From the NCBI GenBank assembly GCA_965213625.1, contig CBDBZU010000004.1:224001-288000 (forward strand): a stretch of DNA of 64,000 nt, given 5' to 3'. The first letter of the stretch is position 1. The number at the start of each line of letters is the position of its first letter. The position numbers were made by a program, and so were the translations under genes. This DNA is from a bacterium. Lineage in GTDB: Bacteria; UBA8248. Positions 26,875 to 36,133 of the stretch are shown in pieces. The notes below the pieces were generated by a model. That model saw only the letters and a program-made list of their open reading frames with translations. It was not told where the DNA came from and ran no database searches.

Positions 26875-28023
26875 ATGGACTTCGCTCCCGCAGAGGCTAC
26901 TCTCGCGCTTCAAGGCTTGGCGCGCGATTTCGCGCGTCAGGAGATCGCGCCGCACACCGACGCGCTTGATGAGGAAAAAATCCCGGAAAACCGCTTTCCC
27001 GCTGATATCCTGGAGAAAGGCGATTCACTGGGACTGCGCACCCTGCCCGTCCCGGAGAGCCGCGGAGGAGGAGGGGCTGATCTGCTGAGCCTTTGCTTCG
27101 TGGCGGAGGAGATCGGCTGGGGGGATTTAGGCGTCGGCGTCATCTACGCGCAGGATTGGGCGCTCGCAAACGCCGTATCCCGCCTGTGGGACGAAGTGGG
27201 CTTTGCGGCGTTCGCGGAAAAATTCACGCAAGACCACCCGCTCCATCTGGCTCACCTGAAAATCGGCGATTCGCCCGCTGCCGAGGAGAAAAGTCCCTTT
27301 CCCTCCGATGCGATCCAGGGCGCGAGTATTGAGCAGAACAGGGACAGCCTGAGTCTTAACGGCGGCGCGCGGCATGTGCTGAATGGCGCGTCCGCCGGCC
27401 TGTATCTGCTGGAATCGAGTCCCACGGATGAAGGCGGTTGTCAGATTTTTCTCCTGGAAAACCGCGAGGGGGCGGGAATCGAGGTTGCCCATTACCATGA
27501 TTTGATGGGCATGCGCTCCTGCCAGGATGTCGATCTGCACCTTAACGACGTGAAACTCGAACACCCGTTCGATTGCGCGGAGGAGGATTGGCGGGACGCG
27601 ACGCACGCCACCCGCATCCTCCCTGCGGCGGCGGCGGTCGGAACGGCGAGAAAATCCTTTGAGCACGCTCTCGAGCACGCCCGCGAACGCGTGCAGGGAG
27701 GAAAACCCATCATCGAGCACCAGACGGTCGGCTTCATGCTTTGCGATAACCTCATGGAGCTGGACGCCTCCAGAAGAAGCCTCCAGGCGGCGGCTTGGGC
27801 GGCAGAGCGGGGCGAGGACGCAGACCCTTGGCGGAGTTTTCTCGCAAAAGCCTTCGCGGCGGAATCGTGCGAGCGCGTCGTGCGCCGTTCGATGGAGGTG
27901 TGGGGAGGCGCAGGCTACATGACCGAAGCGCCCATGGAACGGCTGGTGCGCGACGTCGTGGCTTTTTCCCATGCTTTCGGCATGGGCCACGCCGCGCGCT
28001 CCGCTGCGATGGACCTGCTATAA
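26875..28023 (+). CDS. Acyl-CoA dehydrogenase-family protein (putative beta subunit, degenerate active site)
   Basis: PESRGGGG, ARERVQGGKPIIEHQ, EVWGGAGY, ERLVRD; lacks the TEP motif and the GTN motif. Confidence 0.85.
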   Translation: MDFAPAEATLALQGLARDFARQEIAPHTDALDEEKIPENRFPADILEKGDSLGLRTLPVPESRGGGGADLLSLCFVAEEIGWGDLGVGVIYAQDWALANAVSRLWDEVGFAAFAEKFTQDHPLHLAHLKIGDSPAAEEKSPFPSDAIQGASIEQNRDSLSLNGGARHVLNGASAGLYLLESSPTDEGGCQIFLLENREGAGIEVAHYHDLMGMRSCQDVDLHLNDVKLEHPFDCAEEDWRDATHATRILPAAAAVGTARKSFEHALEHARERVQGGKPIIEHQTVGFMLCDNLMELDASRRSLQAAAWAAERGEDADPWRSFLAKAFAAESCERVVRRSMEVWGGAGYMTEAPMERLVRDVVAFSHAFGMGHAARSAAMDLL

Positions 28024-28056
28024 GACAAAGCGTGAACGACGCGATGATGCGAAACC

Positions 28057-28983
28057 ATGGAGGATGTGGAATTGACTGAGAGAATCGCCTACGTCAAGGG
28101 CCGGTTCGTGCCGGAATCGGAAGCGAACGTGTCCATCCTGGACAGGGGCTTCCTCTACGGCGACGGCGTCTATGACGCATCGCGCACCTTTGGCGGCCAG
28201 CCCTGGCATCTGCGGGCGCACATCGACAGGCTCTATCTATCGTGCCGCTACGCGCGGCTCGACCCCGGCATGAACGCGGACGAGATGGAAGCCCTCACCA
28301 TGGAGCTCATCGAGCGAAACCGCGGCGTATACGCCGAGGATGAGGAATTCCGCATCAACCACTGGGTGACGCGGGGGGGCGGCGTCAGCTCCGCCGCCAC
28401 CCACACGCACGGCGCGCACACGGTGGTCATCTTCACCCTGCCGATGGACTATACGCGCTACGCCCACGGCTACAGGGAGGGCGTGCCCTCGGTCGTCACC
28501 GGCGTGCGCCGCATTCCGCCTGAGTGCATCGAACCGCGCGCCAAGGTGGGCAACAAGATGAACCACGTCCAGGCCGACTTCCAGGCCCAGGAGGCGGGCG
28601 CATGGCCCATCATGCTCGACATGAGCGGCTTCGTGGCCGAGGGGTCGAGCTACAACTGCTTTTTCGTGAGAGACGGTGAAATCCTCACCCCTACGGATCA
28701 CAACTGCCTGGTCGGCGTCACCCGCACACACGTCATCGACATGGCGAAAGAACTCGGCATCCCGGTTCGCGAGACGAACCTCACGCGCTACGACCTGCTG
28801 ATCGCGGACGAGGCCTTCCACACCGGGAACAGCATCTGCATCCTCCCGGTCTCCTCGGTCGACGGAACCAAGATGGCGCACGGCGCGCCCGGCCCCGTCA
28901 CCAAGCGGCTCATGGACCTGTGGGCGAGCCAGGTGGGATGCGACTGGGCGGCGAAATCCTTAGCAGCCGTCGAGGGCTGTTGA
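28057..28983 (+). CDS. Class IV PLP-dependent aminotransferase (branched-chain/D-amino acid family)
   Basis: DRGFLYGDGVYD, HIDRL, AKVGN, AEGSSYN, LVGVTR, GPVT. The true start may be TTG 28072 behind GGAGGA. Confidence 0.9.
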   Translation: MEDVELTERIAYVKGRFVPESEANVSILDRGFLYGDGVYDASRTFGGQPWHLRAHIDRLYLSCRYARLDPGMNADEMEALTMELIERNRGVYAEDEEFRINHWVTRGGGVSSAATHTHGAHTVVIFTLPMDYTRYAHGYREGVPSVVTGVRRIPPECIEPRAKVGNKMNHVQADFQAQEAGAWPIMLDMSGFVAEGSSYNCFFVRDGEILTPTDHNCLVGVTRTHVIDMAKELGIPVRETNLTRYDLLIADEAFHTGNSICILPVSSVDGTKMAHGAPGPVTKRLMDLWASQVGCDWAAKSLAAVEGC

Positions 28984-29155
28984 AAAGTCCGCAGAAGGAG
29001 GAATGGCGGTTGTAGGGACAACCCTCCGTGGTTGTCCTTTGCAGGACGGTTGCAATCAAAACAGGCGCGGGGGGCCTCGGACAGGCACGGAGGCCTGTCC
29101 CTACGTGATCATCATGTCGCCGACCGGACGTATAGTGGGCTTTTTCAACAACTCC
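28973..29155. mobile_element. MITE-like element with the 19-bp TIR family enclosing a GTAG-type REP doublet
   Basis: AGGGCTGTTGAAAAGTCC...GGGCTTTTTCAACAACTCC; inside GTAGGGACAACCCTCCGTGGTTGTCC...GGACAGGCACGGAGGCCTGTCCCTAC (29012-29104). Confidence 0.7.
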
Positions 29156-29227
29156 CATCGAGGGGGAGCGAGCAGGAATCTACGCTATTATGGAGGATGA
29201 ATAGCGAATTGCGGTGTAAGGTGAGGC

Positions 29228-30634
29228 CTACCGCTTGCCCCCAAAACCGGCGGATAAATCGGAGCGCTCGAGAACACCGCCCATCCCCTCGTGCCCGGGA
29301 CCAAAGAAAGCGCCTGTAACCTCGCCGTCATCCCCACCAGTTTGGAAGAAAGTGTTGCCCCGCACATCAACCGAATAGCCGAGGTTGCCATCTTCCCACA
29401 TCCCGCCGCCGTCGAACTCCAGACCGGTGAAATCGAGTTGTCCGTCCAGGTCCGCCAGATTGACGTCGAGGCTGGAATCACCGACAACCACCTCTCCTGA
29501 TGGCGTGACACCTAGCAATGCGCCACTCCAGGTGGCGCTCCCCGATAATCCACCGTTTTGCGCCAGATCCATTGGCGGCTCCGGTCCGGTGGCCCAGGGT
29601 TGCGCCAGGCCGTTCCTCAAAGCGACGCCGAAGGAGACCTCACCGCCCGGAATCCCCAAATCCCCACGGACGTGAAACGACGCCTCATCCCAGGGTCCGA
29701 GATTTTCCGCCGTTATCTGTTCGGGCTGCGCCCCGGGCCTGTACCTGTCATACGCCGCGAGCAGCGCTTCTCGATCTATCAGGGAAAGGAGAAAAGGAGG
29801 CAAATTCGCCGGGACATTGGGATTCAAGGTGGCGTCCGGGAAACGCGCAGGATCGGTATGGCCGGAGAAACCCAGGGCGTGGAGCAGTTCGTGAACAAGT
29901 ACGTAGACGGTTTTATCTTCAGAGAAATATTGTACTTCCTCGCTGTCAATCAATATATGAGAAGAGTCGGCTTCCAGGATTTCACTTCGTCGCGTTCGGG
30001 TATTGTACCAGTAACGAGATTGCGATTGCGTATTGCCGACCGCGTTCTCATCGGGCGTGACTTCTCCCGGCCACTCCGACTGTGGGATGAATTCGATATA
30101 GATGTTGCCGCGCGGCACGTCATCGACGTCCAGCGGATCCGGAGCGGGCGTATCGCCAAACGAAAGACGCGCATCCCGAGGCAGAGCGGCGTTAATGATC
30201 TGAACGGCGCGCACCGCATAGTCGGTGTATTTCTCGTCCGTTCCCTGGGCGACGCGGACGAGCGGCGGACTCGGGAACGTCGCAAGTCCTGTAAGATCGG
30301 TATGAAACGCTGTCGGCCGCACATAGTCAAGAACATCGATGGCTCCCGAGCCATCCAGTACCCGCCCTTGCGAGACTTCCACCCCGTTGTGCTCGCCTGT
30401 CTTCTGGAGTTGACCGACCGGAGGCGCGGAACCAATCCCGATATGTAGAGAGCCACCGAGATCGAAAAATGGCGCCTTCGCCGCTCGTGCGGAGGGTAGC
30501 AAATCTGCTAGGGGCATCACTGCCGGAGGGGAGGGGCGCGGCGCACTGGTACCGCCTCCGCTCTCCCCACCTCCACAGCCATACAGCGACAAGATGACGA
30601 GAACGGCCGTACATAGGATTCCCGAGGACTTCAC
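29228..30634 (-). CDS. Surface lipoprotein with zinc-metallopeptidase motif and C-terminal TbpB-like beta-barrel
   Basis: Lipobox LSLYGC and Gly/Ser/Pro linker; VHELLHALGFSGH (HExxHxxGxxxH); ATWSGALLG...GAFFGPGHEGMGG...AGFGGKR C-terminus. Confidence 0.75.
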   Translation of the reverse strand: MKSSGILCTAVLVILSLYGCGGGESGGGTSAPRPSPPAVMPLADLLPSARAAKAPFFDLGGSLHIGIGSAPPVGQLQKTGEHNGVEVSQGRVLDGSGAIDVLDYVRPTAFHTDLTGLATFPSPPLVRVAQGTDEKYTDYAVRAVQIINAALPRDARLSFGDTPAPDPLDVDDVPRGNIYIEFIPQSEWPGEVTPDENAVGNTQSQSRYWYNTRTRRSEILEADSSHILIDSEEVQYFSEDKTVYVLVHELLHALGFSGHTDPARFPDATLNPNVPANLPPFLLSLIDREALLAAYDRYRPGAQPEQITAENLGPWDEASFHVRGDLGIPGGEVSFGVALRNGLAQPWATGPEPPMDLAQNGGLSGSATWSGALLGVTPSGEVVVGDSSLDVNLADLDGQLDFTGLEFDGGGMWEDGNLGYSVDVRGNTFFQTGGDDGEVTGAFFGPGHEGMGGVLERSDLSAGFGGKR

Positions 30635-30861
30635 TTCTATCCCTTTCCGAGAGCCGACCGAGCCCAGCTTTCAGGCAATGTCGACAAGGCGGCGAACTTC
30701 GCACAGAGTATATAGGGAGATTCCACCTGTTTCTATTCCCCAGCCATTCCCGCTCCTTTGCTATAGTCATTTGCCGGCATTCCCGATATATTGCCCGCCA
30801 TCAATCGCACATGTTCGCGCTTTAGCATCGCGCGCGGAGATACTCCCAGAAGGAGACTCTC

Positions 30862-31896
30862 ATGAAGGCCATGGTGTTGAGGAAAAAAGGAGCGCCATTT
30901 TCTTATGAGGACGTACCCGACCCGAAACCCGGGACGGGCGAGGCCGTGGCCCGCGTCATCGCCTGCGGCTCGGGTCTCACGATTCACCATGCGCGTGCGG
31001 GCCGCGTGGACATCGACTACCCCATGATCATCGGCCACGAGGTGGTGGGCGAGATCGTCGAGACGGGAGCCGGGGTCTCGAACGTGAAGGCGGGTGACAT
31101 CGTCACCTTCCACTGCTACCTCACCTGCGGGCATTGCCGCTGGTGCCGGGTGAACAGGGAACCCCTCTGCGACAACATGGCCGGCTTCGTCGGCAGGCAC
31201 TGCGACGGCGGTTATGCCGAATACATCAACCTCCCCGCACAGGTTTACGTTCACCTGCCAGAGAGTCTGGACTACAAGGCCCATCCCGCCGAGGCGGCCG
31301 TCATCTGCGACGCCATCGTCACCCCCTATAAGGTGGTGCGCCGCGCGCGGATCGAGCCGATGGAGACCGTCGCCGTCATCGGGGCGGGCGGCGGTGTGGG
31401 TATCCACATGGTCATGCTCGCCCGCTGGGCGAACGCGCGCGTCATCGCCGTGGACGTCTCCGAGCAAAAACTGGCCCAGTGCAAAGAACTCGGGGCGGAG
31501 GCCACGGTCGACGCCTCGAAGGAAAACGTGAAGGAGGCGCTGCTAGAACTCACGGGCGGCGTAGGCGTGAACGTGGCTATCGATTTCGTCTCCCACGACA
31601 CTACGCTTGAGGCCGCCGCCGAAGCGCTCGATAAGGGCGGCCGTCTGGTGACGCTGGGCGGGTTTACGCCCAAGCCGTTCCGCCTCTCCGCCGGAAGCCT
31701 CCTGAACGGAGAGCTCGAGGTCATGGGCAGCCGCTCGTTCACCAAACAGGAGATCATCGAATCACTCGAGCTTTGCGCGCGCGGCGAAGTCTGGCCGCTG
31801 GTCACGGAAACCTACCGGCTCGAAGAAGCCGAAAAAGTGCACGAACGCCTGGAAGCGGGCGCGATTACGGGCCGCGCGGCGATCGTGATGGACTGA
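30862..31896 (+). CDS. Zinc-dependent alcohol dehydrogenase
   Basis: IGHEVVG, CGHCRWC...C structural Zn site, GAGGGVG. Confidence 0.92.
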   Translation: MKAMVLRKKGAPFSYEDVPDPKPGTGEAVARVIACGSGLTIHHARAGRVDIDYPMIIGHEVVGEIVETGAGVSNVKAGDIVTFHCYLTCGHCRWCRVNREPLCDNMAGFVGRHCDGGYAEYINLPAQVYVHLPESLDYKAHPAEAAVICDAIVTPYKVVRRARIEPMETVAVIGAGGGVGIHMVMLARWANARVIAVDVSEQKLAQCKELGAEATVDASKENVKEALLELTGGVGVNVAIDFVSHDTTLEAAAEALDKGGRLVTLGGFTPKPFRLSAGSLLNGELEVMGSRSFTKQEIIESLELCARGEVWPLVTETYRLEEAEKVHERLEAGAITGRAAIVMD

Positions 31897-31925
31897 GCCG
31901 TTTCACTTTAACCAAAAGGCGAGCG

Positions 31926-33101
31926 ATGGATTTCACACTCACCGAACGACAGCTTGAACTGCAGAAACTGGCGCACGACTACGCCAAAAACGAACTGAAG
32001 CCCCACGTGCGCGAGCGCGAGCGAATCACCGACCCGTTAGAGAGATTCCCCTGGGACATTCTCGAGACCGGTAGCAGGCTTGGCCTGAGGACGCTCTCCA
32101 TCCCCGAGGAGATAGGCGGCGGCGGGGCCGACATCCTCACGCTTTGCATCGTGGGAGAGGAGATCGGCTGGGGGGATCTGGGCGTGGCCGTCACCTTCGA
32201 CCAGACCTGGAAAATTATCCATTTCCTCGACATCGTCTGGAACGAGGAGCAGCGCGCGAAATTCCTGCCCCGATTCCTGGAGGATCACCGCTTCCACCTC
32301 GCCGTCGGGATGACAGAGCCGGAGGTGGGTTCGGAGAATTTTATCCCCGAAGAAGGCCCCGATCTCGGCGTCCGCACGAGTGCGGTGCGAGACGGGGAAG
32401 ACTGGATCATCAACGGCAAGAAGCACTACATCAGCAACGGGGGGGTCGCCAAGCTCTACGTGCTCGTCTGCCGTACCGATCCCACCGTCGGCGTATCGCA
32501 GGGCATCACATACTTCATGGTGACGCCGGACATGGAAGGCTTTTCCATCGGCAAGATCCACGAGAAGATGGGCCAGCAGCTCTCCCAGAACGCGGAACTC
32601 ATTTTTGAGAACTGCCGCGTTTCGGACGACTACCGCGTCACACCGGTCGGCGGGGGCGTGGCGGCCCGTTCGGGTCCTTTCTCGCGCGGCTCGGTCATCG
32701 AGTCCGCCGCCACGAACTTAGGCCCCGCCCGCGCCGCTTATGAGGACGCGCTCGAATTCGCCAAAACGAGAATCCAGGGCGGAAAACCCATCATCGAACA
32801 CCAGGGCGTGGGCTTCATGCTGGCGGATTGCTTCGTCGAGTACGAGGCTTCGCGCCAGTTGCTCCACTACGCCGCCTGGCGGGCGATGCGCGATAACTAC
32901 GACCCCAAGCTCGGCTATATGGCTAAGGCCTATACTTCTGAGGCCGGTTTCCGCATCGCCACGCGCGCGCTCGAGGTCTGGGGTGGAACGGGCTACATGA
33001 CGGACGCGCCGATGGAGAAATACCTGCGCGACGTCATCAGCTTCCTCCACTCGGCGGGCACCAACCAGGCGCAACGTATCCGAACCATGAAGTATTTTTA
33101 A
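31926..33101 (+). CDS. Acyl-CoA dehydrogenase-family protein
   Basis: GMTEPEVGS, NGKKHYISNGG, RIQGGKPIIEHQ, EVWGGTGY, HSAGTNQ. Confidence 0.9.
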   Translation: MDFTLTERQLELQKLAHDYAKNELKPHVRERERITDPLERFPWDILETGSRLGLRTLSIPEEIGGGGADILTLCIVGEEIGWGDLGVAVTFDQTWKIIHFLDIVWNEEQRAKFLPRFLEDHRFHLAVGMTEPEVGSENFIPEEGPDLGVRTSAVRDGEDWIINGKKHYISNGGVAKLYVLVCRTDPTVGVSQGITYFMVTPDMEGFSIGKIHEKMGQQLSQNAELIFENCRVSDDYRVTPVGGGVAARSGPFSRGSVIESAATNLGPARAAYEDALEFAKTRIQGGKPIIEHQGVGFMLADCFVEYEASRQLLHYAAWRAMRDNYDPKLGYMAKAYTSEAGFRIATRALEVWGGTGYMTDAPMEKYLRDVISFLHSAGTNQAQRIRTMKYF

Positions 33102-33172
33102 TCACCGAACGCATATTCGCGTCGCCATTCTCATTCTCTTGAGGGCGCAAGCCCCGAAAGGCAAGGTGTAGC

Positions 33173-34210
33173 ATGAACAAGAAAATCGCCGTTCTCGGCG
33201 CAGGCGCCATCGGCGGCAGCGTGTCCGCCGATCTGACTGACGCAGGTCTCGACGTCACCGTCATCGACCAATGGCCCGAGCATGTGGAGGTGATGCGAAA
33301 AGACGGCTTACACGTCCAGATGCCCGACCTCGACCTCAAAACACCGCCCTTGCGCGCGCACCATCTGTGCGAACTGGCCTCGCTCAGGACGACCTTCGAC
33401 ATCGTCCTGCTCATCGTCAAATCCTACGACACCCGCTGGATGTGCGAACTCATCAAACCCTACCTGAAGAGCGACGGCATATTCGTCGGGGCGCAGAACA
33501 GCATGAACAACGATATGATCACCTCCATCATCGGGCGCGAGCGTGTGGTGGGCTGCTGCGTGGAGCTGTCGGCGGAGATATTCACGCCCGGCCTCATCCA
33601 GCGGAACACCCCGCGCAAGGGCACCTGGTTCGCCGTGGGGGAACTGGACGGCTCGGTCACCCCGCGCGCGGAAGAAGTACGCGACATCTTCGCGCATGTC
33701 GCCGTCACCGAGGTAAGCACGAACATCGAGGGCACCAAGTGGACGAAGCTCATCGCCAACTGCATGACCATGGGGCCCTTCGGCCTGCTGGGCCTCAAGA
33801 ACGCCGAGACCAAGGAGCTTCCGGGCGTCATCGACCTTTCGGTCGGACTCGGAAAAGAGGCGATGGCGGTAGGCGAAGCCCTGGGCTACGGGGTGGAGCC
33901 CGTGTTCGGCTTATCGTCGGATGATTTCGCGGGTTCTGACGATCAGGTGCTCGTCACGGCCATGAAGACGCTGCTCGGCCACGTGGGGCCGCGTTCGCGC
34001 ACCGCTCCGATTCAGGACCACATCAAGGGCCGAAAGAGCGAGATGGAATACATCAACGGCCTCGTCTCGCGCAGGGCGAGGGAACTCGGCATCCCCACCC
34101 CCTTCAACGACGCGGTGACCGAGATCGCGCGGATGATAGACGACGGCGAAATCGAGATGGGCCGCCCGAACTACGAGCTTCTCCAGGCGAAAATCGCCGA
34201 ACTGGTCTAG
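33173..34210 (+). CDS. Ketopantoate reductase (PanE/ApbA) family oxidoreductase
   Basis: VLGAGAIGG, VKSYDT, QNS, WTKLIAN, QD...GRKSEMEYING. Confidence 0.88.
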   Translation: MNKKIAVLGAGAIGGSVSADLTDAGLDVTVIDQWPEHVEVMRKDGLHVQMPDLDLKTPPLRAHHLCELASLRTTFDIVLLIVKSYDTRWMCELIKPYLKSDGIFVGAQNSMNNDMITSIIGRERVVGCCVELSAEIFTPGLIQRNTPRKGTWFAVGELDGSVTPRAEEVRDIFAHVAVTEVSTNIEGTKWTKLIANCMTMGPFGLLGLKNAETKELPGVIDLSVGLGKEAMAVGEALGYGVEPVFGLSSDDFAGSDDQVLVTAMKTLLGHVGPRSRTAPIQDHIKGRKSEMEYINGLVSRRARELGIPTPFNDAVTEIARMIDDGEIEMGRPNYELLQAKIAELV

Positions 34211-34247
34211 ACCGTACGTCTCTCGCCTGAAAAAAAGAGGATGCGCT

Positions 34248-34646
34248 ATGCCTTTTTACCGCTGGGACGACATGAAAAAGCGCAACATCGTCTCCACAAC
34301 GGATTCTCGGGGCAGTATGGTCCTTGGCGCGTTCACCACCCTGACGCGCCAGGAGCAACCGCCCGGAAAGGCGACCCGCCCGCACAGCCACGGCTGCGAA
34401 CAAATCATCCACATACTGGATGGCACAGGCTGGTTCCGCGTCGGTGACGAGGAGAAGTCCCTGGGCGCAGGCGAGGTGGTCCATATCCCCCTGGGAGTGG
34501 AGCATGAATTAAAGAATCCCGGCGATGACGTTCTCGTATATCTGTCTTTCAAGAACCGTTCCGAAGACTGGCCGCCGCGAGAAGCGCTCGCAGACGATGC
34601 GGCTGGAGAACAACCCGCAGCGCCGGGCCTTTTGAAAAAGACCTAA
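34248..34646 (+). CDS. Cupin domain protein
   Basis: PHSHGCEQ...GEVVHIPLGVEH. Confidence 0.85.
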   Translation: MPFYRWDDMKKRNIVSTTDSRGSMVLGAFTTLTRQEQPPGKATRPHSHGCEQIIHILDGTGWFRVGDEEKSLGAGEVVHIPLGVEHELKNPGDDVLVYLSFKNRSEDWPPREALADDAAGEQPAAPGLLKKT

Positions 34647-34924
34647 TTTCGTGATTCGGAGTATGGAACCGAGCGATGAGAGAGGAGACAACACTCCTCC
34701 CTTGAGGATCTTGAAGTTCACTCCCCCCTTGAGGGGGAGTCGAAGAGGCCGAGCGGTTTATGCGAAGGCCGATTCGGTGGGGGGACATGCCACGGATAAA
34801 AGCTCCCCCCACCAACTCGCCTGCGGGCTTCGCCCTTGTCTTGTTGACTCCCCCTCAAGGGGGGAGTGGTTCTGTCCATTCTCGTGAATTGAAGACGCCC
34901 GGAAAGGGGTTTTTCAATAGCCCC
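34625..34924. mobile_element. MITE-like element: 19-bp-family ends enclosing a 23-bp perfect inverted repeat element
   Basis: GGGCCTTTTGAAAAAGACC (34625) and GGGGTTTTTCAATAGCCCC (34906-34924); inside CACTCCCCCCTTGAGGGGGAGTC (34719-34741) and GACTCCCCCTCAAGGGGGGAGTG (34846-34868). Confidence 0.7.
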
Positions 34925-34965
34925 TTGCCGAGCCGAATGAAAACTTCCAGAAGGAGAAACCAGCC

Positions 34966-36120
34966 ATGATCGATCAGTTCCGCATGTCCGCCGTGCCGCG
35001 CGTGCGCTTCGGCAGGGGAGAAGCCGCCTCTATCGGCGCCGAAGCGAAAAGGCTGGGCATGACGCGCCCCATGCTGCTCGCTGACCCTGGACTTTCGGGC
35101 GCCGGCGTTCTCGACTCCGTGACGAAGGGACTGGATGAGGCGGGCGTCCAATACCGGCTGTATGAAGATGTGGAACCCAACCCCTCGGACCCGAGCATCA
35201 CGCGCGCCCAGGCGTTTTATGAGGCGAACGATTGCGGCGGGATAATCACCGCGGGCGGGGGAAGCGCCATAGACACCGCCAAGGCGATGGGGGCGCTCAT
35301 CGCAAACGGCGGAAAGATAAGCGACTATTACGGCGCGGACAAAGTGGAGAAATCCATTCCGCCTTTCATCACGGCCCCGACCACGGCGGGCACGGGCAGC
35401 GAGGTGACGCGCGCCTCCATCATCACCGACATCGAGCTTGGAACCAAATCGAGCATTCACTCGGACGCGCTTTATGCCAATGTGGCGGTGGTGGATTCCT
35501 CCCTGCTCGCCACGCTTCCAAAATTCTTCGCCGCGGGCGCGCTGATGGACGCCCTGACCCACGCGGTGGAATCGCTCGGCTCACCGCGCGCGACCCCCTG
35601 GACGCAGGCGCTCTGTTTCCAGGCAATCGGCCTGATCGGCCAGAACGCGCGGCGCTTCGTCGCCGACCCCGCAGATCCGGACGCCGCCGACCCCGTGGCG
35701 CTGGGAGCTTGCCTCGCGGGCGCTTCGTTCACCAATACTGGGCTGGGCATCGTGCACGGGCTCACGCACCCGGTCTTCAACTTCTTCGGCGGCCACCACG
35801 GCACCACGAACGGAATACTCTTGGCCCCCGTGATGCGCTTCAACCTGCCCGCCATGCGCGACACCTACGCCCGGCTGGCCCCGCTCCTGGCGAACCCCGA
35901 AGAGGGAGCGGACGATACGCAGGACGCGGAACTAGCGGTCGACCGCGTACGCGCCCTGGCGGATGATATCGACATCCCCGAATCGCTCGCCGCCATCGGC
36001 GCGAAAGAGGAATACCTCGACCGCATGGCGCACGAAGCGGCCGCCAGCACCACGGTCTTAACGAACCCCGTGCCCGCCGACGCGGAAGACATGAAGCGGA
36101 TTTATCTGGAGTTGATGTAG
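34966..36120 (+). CDS. Iron-containing alcohol dehydrogenase
   Basis: VEPNP, GGGSAIDTAK, PTTAGTGSE, DALTHAVE, HGLTH, HG. Confidence 0.92.
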   Translation: MIDQFRMSAVPRVRFGRGEAASIGAEAKRLGMTRPMLLADPGLSGAGVLDSVTKGLDEAGVQYRLYEDVEPNPSDPSITRAQAFYEANDCGGIITAGGGSAIDTAKAMGALIANGGKISDYYGADKVEKSIPPFITAPTTAGTGSEVTRASIITDIELGTKSSIHSDALYANVAVVDSSLLATLPKFFAAGALMDALTHAVESLGSPRATPWTQALCFQAIGLIGQNARRFVADPADPDAADPVALGACLAGASFTNTGLGIVHGLTHPVFNFFGGHHGTTNGILLAPVMRFNLPAMRDTYARLAPLLANPEEGADDTQDAELAVDRVRALADDIDIPESLAAIGAKEEYLDRMAHEAAASTTVLTNPVPADAEDMKRIYLELM

Positions 36121-36133
36121 GCTTCCCGGCGGA

